Assembly (NCBI RefSeq): GCF_009914755.1
Contig: NC_060930.1
Reading direction: 5' to 3' (one strand)
DNA: 64,000 bases
DNA from: the human T2T-CHM13v2.0 reference genome, Homo sapiens
Part shown: positions 17,011 to 32,690 of the stretch, one piece after another
Numbering within the stretch: position 1 is the first letter of the stretch
How the letters are laid out: every line of letters begins with the position of its first letter
The notes under the pieces: generated by a model
Seen by the model: only the letters and a program-made list of their open reading frames with translations
The model's database searches: none
Told to the model about the DNA's origin: nothing
Translations under genes and position numbers: made by a program

Positions 17011-17792
17011 TGACATTATCCAAGTCCCTAAATAAGGCAAGGTTGATTACCCAATCTATAGAGCAAGTTCCAACCTTTGAACGAAAACATCAAAGTTAAA
17101 ATACAGTCTACCAAAACATCATTAACAATAATAGAAACCCATCTCCTGTACCCACTCTCCATGATCTACCTGACTGAAGAGGTTAACCCTCTTATTTAAC
17201 TGCTTCAGCAGTTCTCTTCTTCATGAAGTTTCACTTTGGAAACTAAGAGTCTCAACTTTTACAAATACTCCCAAATAAAAGAAAATGACAGGTAATACAA
17301 AATTTATCCACTCATTATATAAACTTCAAATGCTGTTTATTCTCACTACATAGTCCCCTAAAGGTTGAGGGGGGGAAAAAGGCCCTTAAGTCCCTTGCTT
17401 TTTCCGTAAAATAAAATGATCCAAGTCAATTATAAAGTATCAATATATTACGAAAAAAATCCTCGAAGAATCTGCTCCTATGTGGTCCTATTCAGGATAT
17501 GCACCACTTCCGCTTCCCTTCCCATTTATCTACTCTAGTCTTCAACGTCCAGCTCAAGGCCCACTTCAAATCCAGTCCACACCAACCTCACTCTTTTCTG
17601 ACTCATACTCTGACATGGTAATGAAACTAAAAGCTCTTTAAGGAAAAGAAATGGGTTCATACTTAATCATTTCTGCATCTTCAGAATTAAAAACAACCAA
17701 TAAGGAAGTGTTTTCTGGCTGTACCTTATAGCAGAAATATTTAACTCTCCCCATGGAAAGAAATGATTTAAAAATATAGTAAAATATTTTAC

Positions 17793-17981
17793 CTCCTCTT
17801 CACTTTCTTTATCTTCATCATCTGAAGACTCTTCCTTGTTTTTCTTTTCATCTTCATCACTACTAGATTCATCTGACAGAATTTCAGGACATTTGGTTCG
17901 CTTAGCCTTCCTTGCCATTCCAGAACTGTTCCGTTCCTTTTTACTGCCTTTGCTACAAGTTTTTTTAGATTTCGGCAATGG
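17793..17981 (-). CDS. DEK: DEK exon 7 (189 nt; PLPKSKKTC...DKESEEE, basic NLS-like and acidic stretches)
   Basis: tgcag|CCA acceptor, GAG|gtaaaa donor; ORF 17667..17987; phase 0-0. Confidence 0.98.
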
Positions 17982-18357
17982 CTGCATAAAAATTTATAAA
18001 GATAACACCAATGAGGTATAATATTTCAATCAATTCTCTTCTTGAAAACTTATCAACTCAATTTCTTATTCCTCTCTCAAGAAATTGTATTTACAAGCCC
18101 AGCAGCTTTGCAGAGAATAATCTTTAACCGTGTCAGGTTAACCTAAAACTGTGTTACTAATACCATTTGTGTTCTAAACACCTAGCAAGACCCTTCTCAA
18201 TTGTAGAGAAATATGTATTCTAGGTTCTGACATGGGACTAGAAGCTCAAGACACATTATGTTAAGCTCCAACGGCTGTTAATACTTTGTCATGATAATAT
18301 TTTAAGTTAGATTTGTAATTTATTTCATCCCTACAAGCATTAAAACTGTCACTGCCA

Positions 18358-18934
<577 letters not shown>

Positions 18935-20367
18935 CATAAAAAAAATGTATAACTTTATTACCAATTATACATCCTGAATTTATGAATGAACTATACGGTT
19001 TATATTCATTACTTCTGGCCTCTACTTTCAACAATGTCAGGCTCATATTATCACTGATGCCTATAAGTATACAATAAATGATAAGTATGTTAATTATGAA
19101 ACTAAGAATATGCTGCTATTATTCTGATAATCAATTAAACCATGTATATTAAAAGCAGAGATCACCTGATGAAAATGAGTTGATTACAGTAAACAATAAA
19201 TTTAATTTTTAAGTGCTTTCTCAAGGAAGTTTTGCTAAATTCTAAAATTGAAAACCATAAAATTACCTAACATCAAGAATGTTAAAATGCGCATTACAGA
19301 ATTAATATTTATTTCTGGGATTGAGCATCTTTTATATTCTTTTATTTCTACCTTTGTTACTTTATTTTCTGCAATAAGCAGAAACATTAAGGTAAAATTC
19401 CATAACATAACCTTAAGGTATCCAATTGTGTAAATGTTTGTGATAACTTTAGGCAATATTTTTCTTGCAGAGACTAGAACGACAGGTCCTTTACCTCCCA
19501 GGAACCTCCAGTCTAGGGGTCACTGTCACCTACACAAAAATTAAGAAAAAGTGGCTGCTTTGTATAATATGGTACTCTTGAGCTCTCTGCAAAGAAACCA
19601 CAGGATAACCTAGATTGCTCCAACAACGTACCCTTCTAAAGGCACACTAGGAAACAGCAAAATTAGGTCACTCCAGGAACTTGAAGTTGGTGGATCAAAG
19701 ACATTTCTCAGAGAAGATTCTCTATAAGAAATCGTGAATGCATACACATATCCTTGCTATGTGAGATACTACCATTAACAACTATTATCAGAACCTTAAT
19801 CCATGTGGATAAATTCTTTGATAGCACCGTTTGGAGAAAAGGTAACTCTCACTGTCCAAGCTCTTACTACTTGTTACATGATCTCCAGGTCTCAAATGTA
19901 TTAGAAAAACATAATATCCCTCACAATCTCAGCTCAGAAACCAGACACAGGTAGCAAGGATGTAATCTGTATATCGAATTATTAGTATGAGGACTGAAAC
20001 AGGTTCTGGATAAATCTATCCAGGAAAGTGAAAAGATGTTAAGTTATTCAAGCAGCCAATAAAAAAAAAAATGCAATTCCCAAAAGTAAACGAGGAGTTT
20101 TAAAACCAAAATCCAAAAAGTAGTAATATACAAATGCCTTAGAGTTTTCCTATACTACTCCAAAAATAGTTAAATCTATTAATCAAAATCCAGTGTCAAC
20201 AGCATTATCTCTTTTTGGAAACAAAATCTGATTAACAAATAAAATAAGGTAAAGTACAATAGAAGGATAGGAAAGCAATCAATGATTAATGTTGTGTTGA
20301 TTAAACCATTGAGAAATTGTTAAAGAGGAGAAAAAGGAAACTTCTTGTAGCATAGAAAATAGCTCTA

Positions 20368-20680
20368 GGCCAGACATAGTGGCTCATGCCTGTAATCCCA
20401 ACACTTTGGGAGGCCAAGGTGAGAGGATCACATGAGCTCAGGAGTTTGTGACCATCTTGGACAATATAGTGAGCCCTTGTCTCTAAGAAAATGTAAAATT
20501 TAGCCACACATGGTAGCATACACCTATAGTCCCAGTTACTTGGGTGGCTGAGGTGAGAGGATCACCTGAGCCCAGGAGGTCAAGGTTGCATTGAGCCATG
20601 ATTGTACCACAACACTCCAGTCTAGGCAACAGAGTAAAACGCTGTCTCCAAAAAAAAAAAAAAAAAAAAAAAAAAAAGAA
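20368..20680 (+). mobile_element. AluJ
   Basis: Full dimer; TSD AGAAAATAGC. Confidence 0.93.
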
Positions 20681-21245
20681 AATAGCCTGAGCTCGATACT
20701 ATCAGATTAAGGAGTAATCATCACAGAATCACATATGAAAAACTGACATAAGAGTTAAGATTCTATATGACAAGAAAAAACAGATTCTCACAGTGTGGTT
20801 CAAGGACTTTGGGGTTTCCTGAGACCTTTTTCGGAGTCTCCGAGGTAGAAACTATTTTCATAATAATAGCAACACTATTTATCTGCTCTTTTCACTGTGT
20901 TGACATTTGTACTAATTGCAAAAGCAAAGGAAAGCAAAGGTGGGTAAAATTGATGGCACCTTAGTACTAATCAAGGAAGCAACATATATTAGTCACTGTA
21001 TTCCTCACAACCACACACCAGCAGAAACAAACAAGGCAAATGGTTTCACTTAATAATGTCCTTGATAAAACAATAAATACTGTGTTAACTCTCAAGTACA
21101 TGTCTTTCTAATATCTGTGACAAAATGGAAGATATACATAAATATGGCTACAACTGAAGTTCAATGGTTTTCTGAAGGAAAAGCATTTGTGTATCTGAGT
21201 TGTGAGCTAAACACGCTCCAAGCTCCTTTTTCATAGAACCCCACA

Positions 21246-21335
21246 TTTTTTTTTTTTTTTTGAGACAGTCTCGCTCTGTCGCCCAGGCTGGAGTGCAGCA
21301 GCACGATCTCGGCTTACTGCAAGCTTCACCTCCCA
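21246..21335 (-). mobile_element. 5'-truncated Alu (3' end of right arm)
   Basis: T tail plus about 70 nt; TSD-like AGAACnCCAC. Confidence 0.85.
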
Positions 21336-21871
21336 GAGAACACCACTTTTTAAAAGAACAAATATGGCTAACTCAGACTTAGGTATTTGATAGAGATGTT
21401 TTCAAACATGAACAAGGTGAGCTTGTCACTTCAAGGAAAACTGAGAGCATTTATCGCCAATGATAAACGTTATGATTTCAAGTGGGAACTAGAATTCTGG
21501 AAAATTCACATCTACTACTGTGAACTTGATAGTTTACCAAGGCCTAAGTAATTTTTCTGATGAGATGATATTTATATTAATGAGCATGATTTAATGACAG
21601 TGTTCAATAAAACGTCAACATTTGGAAGACATAATTCAGGGAACCAATATTTACAAGCGGTAAATGCATGTTACAAAACTATACATACAAGACCCAAGTT
21701 AATTAACCTGGTTTCAGACCTACATTAAACATTACAACTAATCTTTAGGAAACTACAACTTATGTAGAGTTTTGGTATTGTATGGTATCAAAAAGAGAAT
21801 ATACACAATTATCTAAAAAGACTTTAAAAATATTCTTTTTATGTGAGGCTCGGTTTTCTTCATATACTTAT

Positions 21872-22640
<769 letters not shown>

Positions 22641-23872
22641 TTATTTTTAACATTTTAAAATAAAAATTTTTCAGTTCTAATGTCAAATACAGTGAAGATC
22701 AAAATAACTCATATTAAAAAAAGCTCTTGGGGTCCTCACTAATTTTTTAAGAGGGCAACAGTATCCTGAAACCAATAAATTGGAAAACCACTGAGAAAAA
22801 GATAAATATAAAAATATCTGTCATAACAACCTAGTAAATTGCTTCTGAGGAAATAGTGATCACCTTGCCTCACACTAAATCCTTAAAAAGTACAAGTATA
22901 GCTATAGTAAAAGTTAGAAAATAAGAAGTATTTTGTCTTTAAACAAGCCAATTTAAAACACCAAAAATCATCATACCCCTTGCGTTTGTAGTTGTATAAC
23001 AAAAGTTTACACTTTAACTGCTGTTTATCTGTCCTCGTGCAGCTAATGGTAATAAGGACCAAGGGCGGACGAAAACGAAGTCCTAGAGCTATTTTCTGGT
23101 TTTGATTAATGCCATCTCCCATCAGAGATGGCATTCCCCTGAACTCCTAGGCCTGCTAGATCTCTCACACTTCCTTTCCTGTCAAGATGGGGAAGAATAT
23201 AAAAACATTTGCTGACAGACCTAAATCACACTAAAAAGGCAAGGTCATGTAACACTTCAACAGACATTTTAAGTCACCTATGTCATTCGTTACCATTAAA
23301 TAATTAGGGCAAACCTACTAGCTTTTAGGAAGAGTGAGAAAACTGTAAGGCCATTTTACTTCCCTGTCTGGCTCCTGGGCTCTGCTGCAGATTCTGGAAA
23401 CCCAATATAGGAAACTTGTAAGAGTTAGCTTTTAAATGTCACTTTTTAATACTTTATTCCAGGATCTAGGAAAACATCCAGTTCTAATATACTCCCTATT
23501 TTGTCTTCACTTGATTACAGGTTGCACCCCTTCCCTCCAGCCTTGCACCTCATCCTCAGCCCAACCTCTTCCTATTCTTCCAGTGTCTTCTAGATACCTA
23601 ACCCTGACTACTAGTACTTTCTGTCCCTTCTGACATTAATTCACTATTCTTAACCTTATATCCCTTGTATCTGATTTTCCGAAGCAACATACCCCTATGG
23701 CATCTATATTATTTCTATCAGGAAATTACTGCAGATACGTCAACAGAAGGTATAGTCTTTGAATGTAGATATGAACGAATACTGACAGCAATGCTGTTAT
23801 TAATCAATTTTTGTTTCATATAAAGAGGCTATGAATAACTGATTTATGAAAAAAATAAAAATTGATCCTCAC

Positions 23873-23993
23873 TTTGCCAGAAGGCTTTGGATGCATTAAG
23901 AAATTCAAGATCCTCTTCACTAGTTCACTATTTACACCTGATCTCTCCAAATCAAGAACCTCACAGATGCTCTTTAACATGGCATTTCTAAAT
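23873..23993 (-). CDS. DEK: DEK exon 6 (121 nt; SAP domain [40 protein letters not shown])
   Basis: tttcag| acceptor, AAA|gtgag donor; visible in ORF 23816..24055; phase 2-0. Confidence 0.98.
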
Positions 23994-24102
23994 CTGAAAC
24001 AGAAAATGGAAGAAACCAAGGTGTTAATATAGGAAAGCTTACATATGTTCTCCACAATATAAAGGGAAAGCCAACCAAATTGGCTCAGTTACATACATTT
24101 AA

Positions 24103-24427
<325 letters not shown>

Positions 24428-24501
24428 CGAATGTGATTTAACATTAAAAAATAAACTTAAAGCATATTGATCAAAATACAGTATTTATAAAAATAACTTA
24501 C

Positions 24502-24596
24502 TTTTTCAACATTTCTTCCTTCTTTTTATATTGGACACTTCCTTTTTCAAATGGAAAGCCACTGAACTGACCCACATTCTTCTTTAATGAGGACAC
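24502..24596 (-). CDS. DEK: DEK exon 5 (95 nt; VSSLKKNVGQFSGFPFEKGSVQYKKKEEMLK)
   Basis: tcag|GTG acceptor, AA|gtaagt donor; phase 0-2. Confidence 0.97.
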
Positions 24597-25570
24597 CTGA
24601 AAATGTTCCTTATTATTAATGGTATTTATTACCCAGTAATGTACACAAGAATAAATTCAAAGCCAATTCAAAGTCAACATCTTTATTTTCATACCTGTCT
24701 GTAAGTTACAATACTGGCTGAACAGTCAACCAATTCAATATGGGTTCAATATTCAACATTTCTTATTCAAAACTGAAAAATGTATTTGTCATTAACATAT
24801 TAACATTATAAAAATCCTACAAACTTAAGTCTCTGAAAAGAACAATTTGAACAAATTTTCACTGGGGAGTTTTTACCACAACCAAAAGTTACCTGACAGT
24901 ACCAGGGGATGTGGAAAGTTACTATTTAAAAATATATCCTTTTCATAAGTAATAAAGTTACTAGTAATTCTTCTTTTCCAAATCAAGAAGGACTTTATTC
25001 TTTCAAAGTAAAGAATAGCGAGTACCACAAAAAGCTAATACTGTTCACTAGTTATGGGACTTGTGTAAATTAAATTGGTTTAAGGATTAAATGAGATTAA
25101 CAGACTCACTGAAAATAAATTATGTCATGCACCAGACATTCTATTCTACTTCAGACATTCTAACACCCAACTTTACTTTGCCCACGTACAACCTAAAGCA
25201 GTTCCCTCGATTATATAATATACTAAGTCATATGTACAGTATAATAACAATCCTTTAGCAAAGAACTATCATCCAATTTATCAGGTATTTGCTAAAAATG
25301 AGATACAATTACACCAAATTCACTTTGTATGAGATTTGTATGAGATACAAATGATTTTGCCTCTTATTTGTATGAGATACAAATGAGATCATATGTATGA
25401 TCTCATACAAATCATACCGACATTCACTTATTCTGAATGTCGAGAAAATCCAAAAACATGAATTTCTTTCAATACATTTAAAGGTCACTAAAACCTTTCA
25501 TCACAATTTGGATTTCGTAATTTGAAATTTCAGTTTGGAATAAAAACTACTACAGGAGAAAGAGCCCTAG

Positions 25571-25913
<343 letters not shown>

Positions 25914-26093
25914 TTATAATCCAAGTGCTAATATCCAGCTGTGTTTCCTGTGATAAATCATTTAATAAGTATATACCTCAGTCTGCTCAGTCATAAAGTG
26001 TGGAAATTGAACTAGTGGATCACTAACATTTACAGAAATTGATTCCATTGTGAAGTAATATACAAGTAGGTTTAAAGTGTAAAAAGGTCTTAC

Positions 26094-26203
26094 AGTGCCT
26101 GGCCTGTTGTAAAGCAGTTTGTGTAGATTTCTAAGTTCATCGGTTTTCTTCTTACTTAGAAAAAAATGTATCCTCTCAATTTCACAAAGTTTCTGCCCCT
26201 TTC
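26094..26203 (-). CDS. DEK: DEK exon 4 (110 nt; KGQKLCEIERIHFFLSKKKTDELRNLHKLLYNRPGT, pseudo-SAP region)
   Basis: T11-cccag| acceptor, ACT|gtaag donor; phase 1-0. Confidence 0.97.
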
Positions 26204-26444
26204 CTGGGGAAAAAAAAAAATCACAATTAAATACCTATGGCTTACTAATACATTTACAAAGTTAATTTAATGAGAATTATTTTCACAGCATAATTTACAT
26301 GTAACTCTGCTCTTACAGAGCAAATTAAATAAAATTATACCAAAAGTATAAAACACTACCTTGCTGATACTAAGCTACAAACCATCATTTTCACAAATTT
26401 AGGCACTTTCACCACAAAATGAAAGGAAGCTAGAATAAACTTAC

Positions 26445-26546
26445 CTTGTGCAATTGTAAATGGCTCTCTCTGTAAGGAAGAGACTTGCATTGTCAACCTC
26501 TCTACTTTTTTCTTTTCCCTCTTGCCTTCCACGATGAGACTCTTTT
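26445..26546 (-). CDS. DEK: DEK exon 3 (102 nt; KSLIVEGKREKKKVERLTMQVSSLQREPFTIAQ)
   Basis: ttctag|AAAAGAG acceptor, CAAG|gtaag donor; phase 1-1; continues the frame. Confidence 0.97.
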
Positions 26547-27190
26547 CTAGAAATTAATTTAGTATTTCTTAATTAACAAAAAGCTTAAACATTGTATTAA
26601 CTTTATTAGATACACATGTAGAACAAAGTCCCCAAAACCTAATACTTTATTCTTCTTCTGAGCATGGTTTTGGAAAGCAAATGACATAAAAGAGGAAAAC
26701 ACTTGATTAATTAATAGAGCACCATGAAAATTTTTTCAGAGTAACATTTTACTCACCTGGCACTCACAGGGACTCAGTTAAAAAAAAAAATTAGAAAGCA
26801 AACTAATTTTTATCCAACTAAAATTATTGCCATTACAGTCCAGTCACTTCGTTTGTGAAAAAAATCTAGCTCTGTTTAATCTTTGGACATAATTCTATTT
26901 AATAATTGAGATTCAGTTTGCTGTACTTCAGGAATAATCAAATTTAGACTGGGAGATTAAGAACTTCAAAAGATATATAGAGAACAATAACAATTTAGTA
27001 AACTGACAAAAGAAACACAAATAAAGACTTCCAGGCAGAACAGCCTGAAGTACGTGGATAGGATAAAACTCTCCAAGTTTACATTTAATGCAATCAACTG
27101 GGAGAGCATTACTTTGTAGTTTATGAATAACATTCCTAATGATGACCATAAGTCACTCAAAGTTAAATTGTTTAGTCACAAAAATCTACG

Positions 27191-27594
<404 letters not shown>

Positions 27595-28185
27595 TCAAAA
27601 TTCAAAACATTAAGCTCCATTTATCTAAAATAAAATCATTTTTTGAATGAAATAAAGTCAGATAAAAGAATACTATATACTGCTCGAGGTTCTGCCATTT
27701 ATTTAATGCCTGTGTTGTGCAGCTGCACTCAATACTAAGAGGGGATAAATGGATGATAAAAACTGCGTATCTTTTGAAAAAGATGCTACTAAAGAAATGA
27801 GACATAAATATACGCCAATATAAAAGATAACAAAACATCTTAAGAAAGATACACAAATAAATTGCTGTGCACTGAGGAGGAATTGATTATTTTGGGACTA
27901 GAGAAAAAGGAACAAAGCACGTGTGCTGGCTTTTAAAGACAGCTTAGATTTAGTAATGTAAGGATTCGCACAGAAAGAATACTTCAGGAGAAAGGGCTAT
28001 CAACAGGTATATTCTGGCCATGTTGTACAGAATGAAGACCAAACACACTAAAACAACCCCTACTATCACTCAACTTCATCAACTTAGTGATTTAAACTAT
28101 TTGCTTGTCTCTGATTACTAACTACAAGCTAATGACTTCCCAGTCAATCTCCAAGCCACAACTTTCATCTGAGATTCATATTAAC

Positions 28186-28515
28186 TAATATTGCCTCAGT
28201 ATCTGTGAGGGATTGGTTCCAGGACGCCCCTCAGATGCCAAAATCCATGGATGCTCAAGTCCCTTATTTTTTAAAAAAATGGTGTAGTAGTTACATGTAA
28301 CCTATGACCATCTTCCCATATACTTTATATCATCTGTAGATTACTCATAATGACTAATACAACTTAACTGATATGTAAATAGTTGTTATACTGTATTGTT
28401 TAGGAATAATAAAAAAATCTGTACATGTTCAGTACAGATGCAACCATCCATTTTTACCAATTTGTGGTTGATTGAATCCACAGATGAGGAACCCACAGAT
28501 ATGGAGAGCCAACAG
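28186..28515. mobile_element. MER2 (Tigger-derived) fossil
   Basis: gattggttccaggac...aaaatccatggatgctcaagtcccttat ... gaacccacagatatggagagccaac. Confidence 0.8.
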
Positions 28516-28855
28516 TATATGCCTGTCTGTCATCTGGACAGCTACAATTCATGTCCTACAGGCACCTAAACTCAAAATATTCAAAAGAAAAATCATAATC
28601 ATCTCCAAACTTGCTCACTTTGTGAATTTTTTTCAAAAAACATTAATACCATCCACCCACCTGCCAAAGACAGAAACCTAAGAGTCATCTTTTACTAGTC
28701 ATTTCTCTCACTTCCCTTTTCCCCAAAATCACTGCCAATTTTGGCTAATCTGACCCCTTTCTTAGGACAGACTTCAGAGGATATATGAGAAAGCCTGGGT
28801 GCCTGGGCAGAAGCCTCCTGCAGGGGTGGAACTCTCACAGAAAACTGCTACTCAG

Positions 28856-29148
28856 GGCCAGGCGTGGTGGCTCATTCCTGTAATCCAGGCCCTTTGGGAG
28901 GCAGAGACGGGCAGGTCACTTGAGCTAAGGAGTCTGAGACCAGCCTGGGCAACATGGTAAAACCCTGCCTCTACAAAAAATACAGAAAGTACCCGGGCAT
29001 GGTGGCGCATGCCTGTGGTTCCTGAGGTGAGAGGATTGCTTGAGCCTGGGAGGCAGAGTTTGCAGTGAGCTGAGATCATGTTACTGCACTCCAGCCTGGG
29101 TGACAAGTGAGACCTTGTCTCCAAAAAAAAAAAAAAAAAAAGAAAGAA
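28856..29148 (+). mobile_element. AluJ
   Basis: Dimer with small deletion. Confidence 0.9.
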
Positions 29149-29428
29149 AACCTCTACCAGGGCAGTGTGGAGTGGAAAGGGGAAATGGGGGGTGGACCCC
29201 TAGATTCACCACCAAGGCTCTATTGGCTAGTGGAGCTGTGGGAAGGGGGCTGCCACCTCCAAACTCCAGCATGGTAGAGCCACAAGCAGCTTGCATCCTG
29301 AGCTGCCCAAAGCCTTGGGACCCCTCACCCCTTGCACCAGCGTGCTCTGGATGCCAGACATGCAGTAAAAGGAGATAATTTTGGAGCTTTAAGATTTAAA
29401 GACTGCCCTGCTAGGATTCAGACTTGCA

Positions 29429-29768
29429 GGCCGGGCGCAGTGGCTTACGTCTGTAATCCTAAAACTCTGGGAGGCTGAGACGGGCGGATCACCTGAGGTC
29501 GGGAGTTTGAGACCAGCCTGACCAACATGGAGAAACCTTGTCTCTATTAAAAATACAAAATCAGCCAGCTGTGGTGGCATATGCCTGTAATCCCAGCTAC
29601 TCGAGAGGCTGAGGCAGTAGAATCCCTTGAACCAGGAGGCAGAGGTTGCGGTTAGCCGAGGTCAGGCCACTGCACTCCAGCCTGGGCAACGAGAGGGAAA
29701 CTCCGTTTCAAAAAACAAACAAACAAACAAACAAACACAGAAAAACAAAAACCAAACAAAAACCAAAC
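29429..29768 (+). mobile_element. AluSp-like with (AAAC)n tail
   Basis: Full dimer. Confidence 0.93.
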
Positions 29769-31984
29769 CAGACTGTGTGGGGCCTATTGCACCTTTCTTT
29801 TGGCCTTTCTCCCTTTTGGAATGGGAATTTTACCCAATGTCTGTACCATCACTGTATCTTGGGAGTAAATAACTTGTTTTTGATCTCACAGGCTCATAGG
29901 TGGAAGAAACTCATCTTCAGATGAAACTCTGGACTTACAGATTTGGGACTTCTGTGTTAATGCTGAAACAAGACCGGACTTTGGGGGACTACTGCGAAGG
30001 CACAACTGAATCTTGAAATGTGAGAAACACATGAGAGTTGGGGGACCGGGGGTGCAATGATATGCTTTGGATGTTTGCCCCCTCCAAATTTCGTGTTGAA
30101 AAGTGATTTGCAATGCTGGAGGTGAGGCCTGGTAAGGTGATTAAATCATGGGGGCAGATCCCTCATGAACGGCTTAGCATGGTAATCCGTGGTGGTGAGT
30201 GAGTTCTCTCAAGATTTGTTTAAAAGAGCATGGCACCTCCCTCTACAACTTGCTCCCACTCCCAAATGAAATGCCTGCTCCCCCTTTGTCTTCTGCCATG
30301 ATTGGAAGTTTCCTGAGGCTTTCACCAGAAGCAAATACTGGCGCCATGCTTCTTGTACTGTCTGCAGAACCACGAATCAATAAAACCTATTTTCTTTATA
30401 AACTACCCTGCCTCAAGTGTTTCTTTATAGTAACGCAAAAAAAAAAAAAAGCCTAATACAGAAAGTATTTCACTGTCTGGCTTCCATGATGCCTCAGTTC
30501 TAAAGTTAAATATTCAGGGTTAAGTAAAATAAAAACTTTCACAATTCTACTTGTCCCACAAACACCTCAAATTAGTAAAAAGAATAATAAATCACAGCTA
30601 CAATAAAACTATTAGGGGATAAAATTTCTACAACATCATGTTTTTAAAAATAATTTGTCTAGAACAAAACATGGGATTCTTTCAACTACCAACTCTTCCC
30701 CAAGCATTACTGTGTTGGCCACTTACAGTATATTTACATGACTTCTCTAATTTTTTCCTGACATGAAGAAAATTCACCATTTCTTTGGCATCTCAACCCT
30801 GCCCCCACCAGAAGACTAAAATACAAACAAAAAATTGGAGAAAAAGTGCAGAGCCTCTTTGGCTAGCAGCGAGATAGTGCAGCCAATTTTGTTGTTGTAT
30901 TAAAAATAATTTTAAAATAACATGTTGTTAAGCAATAGTTTATGTGAAAACTTATATTTAAAAAGCCATGCTTTACTTAAATATGCCCTTCTTAGGGCAC
31001 ATACCACTTTAAACAAACAAAAGGCACACCTTGTAATCTTAACCCAGATTGTGACCACAGGCTGGTTGAGGCTTAAAAAAAATCCGGGTTTAGGAAGAGC
31101 GCTTCAACCTCTTCCCAAGTGTGGCTGAGTCGTAAACATATACGAAATAACCGCAGACTAAGCTAATATCAAAGAATGCTAAGAGATGCGACTCGGATTT
31201 TTAAATGTTTGGAAACATGTCAAGAAGCGGGTACACCTGAAACAGACACTGCATGCATCCTGGATAAACTGCCGCAGCACACTCCTCTATTCAGTCAAGT
31301 TTCCGTTTCACACCTCCAGTCAAATCAGGGCTCATATCGCCCTCCCTTAAAACAGACACAGGTTCGAAACCGAGACAGTGCTGGGCTCACATTTAACTTT
31401 CTTTCAGAGTTCACTTTCTTCATTTTTAACTACTTTCTCAAGTAGCAACAGCTTTCACCGCTGTTTGCCAGGGAGGGAAACTTTTTGGTAAATGTAAAAA
31501 TATTCGAAAGTATTCAAATACTTCCGGGTCTAGCCTTATAACTTCAGTCTTAACGGGCTGCACCAAGACCTTACAATAACTTCAAAAGGCAAAAGATGTG
31601 TAATGAAAAGGACAAAATTAGAACATCCACTTAGCAACTTCAAAGGTGCACACACACAGGTAAAAAAAAAAATCAAATCCAAGACCTACAAACTTCCCGT
31701 CAAATGATGAAATGTTAACGAACGTTTAGAGCGGACGAGAAGTCGGCTGCACTCCAATACATCTCTACCACGCTAACAAATACTTTAAAAACCGGAATAC
31801 ACAAAGTCAATTCTACGCCATCGCTCAAAACAAAAGCAGATAAATTGTGCACACATTCTCGCTGAAAATCACTCCGACTTCACGCCTCTAAACACCAAAA
31901 GAGCAAGAAAACTGTTTCCTGGGTGAAAAATACAAAAAAACTTCGGTCTGAAAAATTCATCAGTTGGGATGCGACTCCCCCCAC

Positions 31985-32129
31985 CTTTTTCCTCCTCCTC
32001 CTCCTCCTCGTCGTCCTCGTCCTCTTCCTCCTCGCTCTCCTCTCTGGGACCGGGCATTTCGGGTTCTTTCTCGGACGCGGGCTGGGTGGGGGTTCCCTCC
32101 CCCTCCGCAGCAGGGGCCGAAGCGGACAT
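31985..32129 (-). CDS. DEK: DEK exon 2 coding part (aa 1-48, acidic N-terminus MSASAPAAEGEG...EEEEEEEK); exon spans 31985-32138 including 9 nt 5'UTR
   Basis: ATG at 32129-32127 (context CACAGC ATG T); acceptor gcag|GTTCAC at 32138; donor AAG|gtgggg at 31984; 145 nt, phase 1; translation matches DEK N-terminus. Confidence 0.98.
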
Positions 32130-32526
32130 GCTGTGAACCTGCATGCGGGAAGAAAGCCGGACGTCTCGGTCCTCCTACTCCCGCAGGCAGGACCGGGCGG
32201 CCACCCTGAATGATGCTACCCTTCCCGCGGGACACCTGCCCTGAAAGTTGCCTCCTCCCATAGCCGGGACCGCAGCGCTCAGTCCCCAGGGGCGGCTTCC
32301 CTCCCGCTCCGCCGCCGCCGTCCAGGGATTCCCGAGGCGGGAAACCGCGCCCGCTGCCCCGCGTGCGCGCGCGCCCGCCCGGCCTGCGCTGTTCCCGGCC
32401 CGGCCCGAGCTGCCGGCCCTCCACGTCCCCTCCCCCGCCCCAGGCCGCCGTCCAAATGGCCGCGTCCCTCCCCCGTCGGCCGCGGCAGGGGCGACCGGGC
32501 CTCCGGCGTCCCGAAGCAGCCCTTAC

Positions 32527-32690
32527 CGCGGATTTCGGCCGCCGCGGGCCTGGCACGCGAGGGCACGAAGAGGTTCTGGGAGGCGGCGGCGGCCGACGCC
32601 GAGGAGAAGGCGCGCGGGCCGCTGTCTGGCGTGACGCTCGCGCCGCGCGCTCGGCTCCCCAGAATCAACAAGATTTTCAAAATGGCGGTT
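32527..32690 (-). other. DEK: DEK non-coding exon 1 (5' UTR; TSS approximate)
   Basis: CGCG|gtaagg donor at 32526; splices to give GAAATCCGCG-GTTCACAGCATG; no upstream ATG in the exon; lies in the CpG island below the YY1/CCAAT motifs. Confidence 0.88.

Larger units (their letters stand above)
28770..30460 (+). mobile_element. MST MaLR: internal remnant (28770-30057, interrupted by Alus 28856-29148 and 29429-29768) plus 3' LTR (30058-30460)
   Basis: MaLR-int motifs; polypurine tract GGGGGACCGGGGG; LTR TGATATGCTTTGG...CTAATACA. Confidence 0.85.

Noticed and set aside
23036-23085. Hammerhead-ribozyme-like GGACGAAAAC
   Set aside because: No CUGAUGA core and no stem II pairing
31869-32144. N-terminally extended DEK (MQVHS-MSAS...)
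   Set aside because: The upstream ATG is intronic (acceptor at 32138) and the C-terminal part is intron 2 read-through
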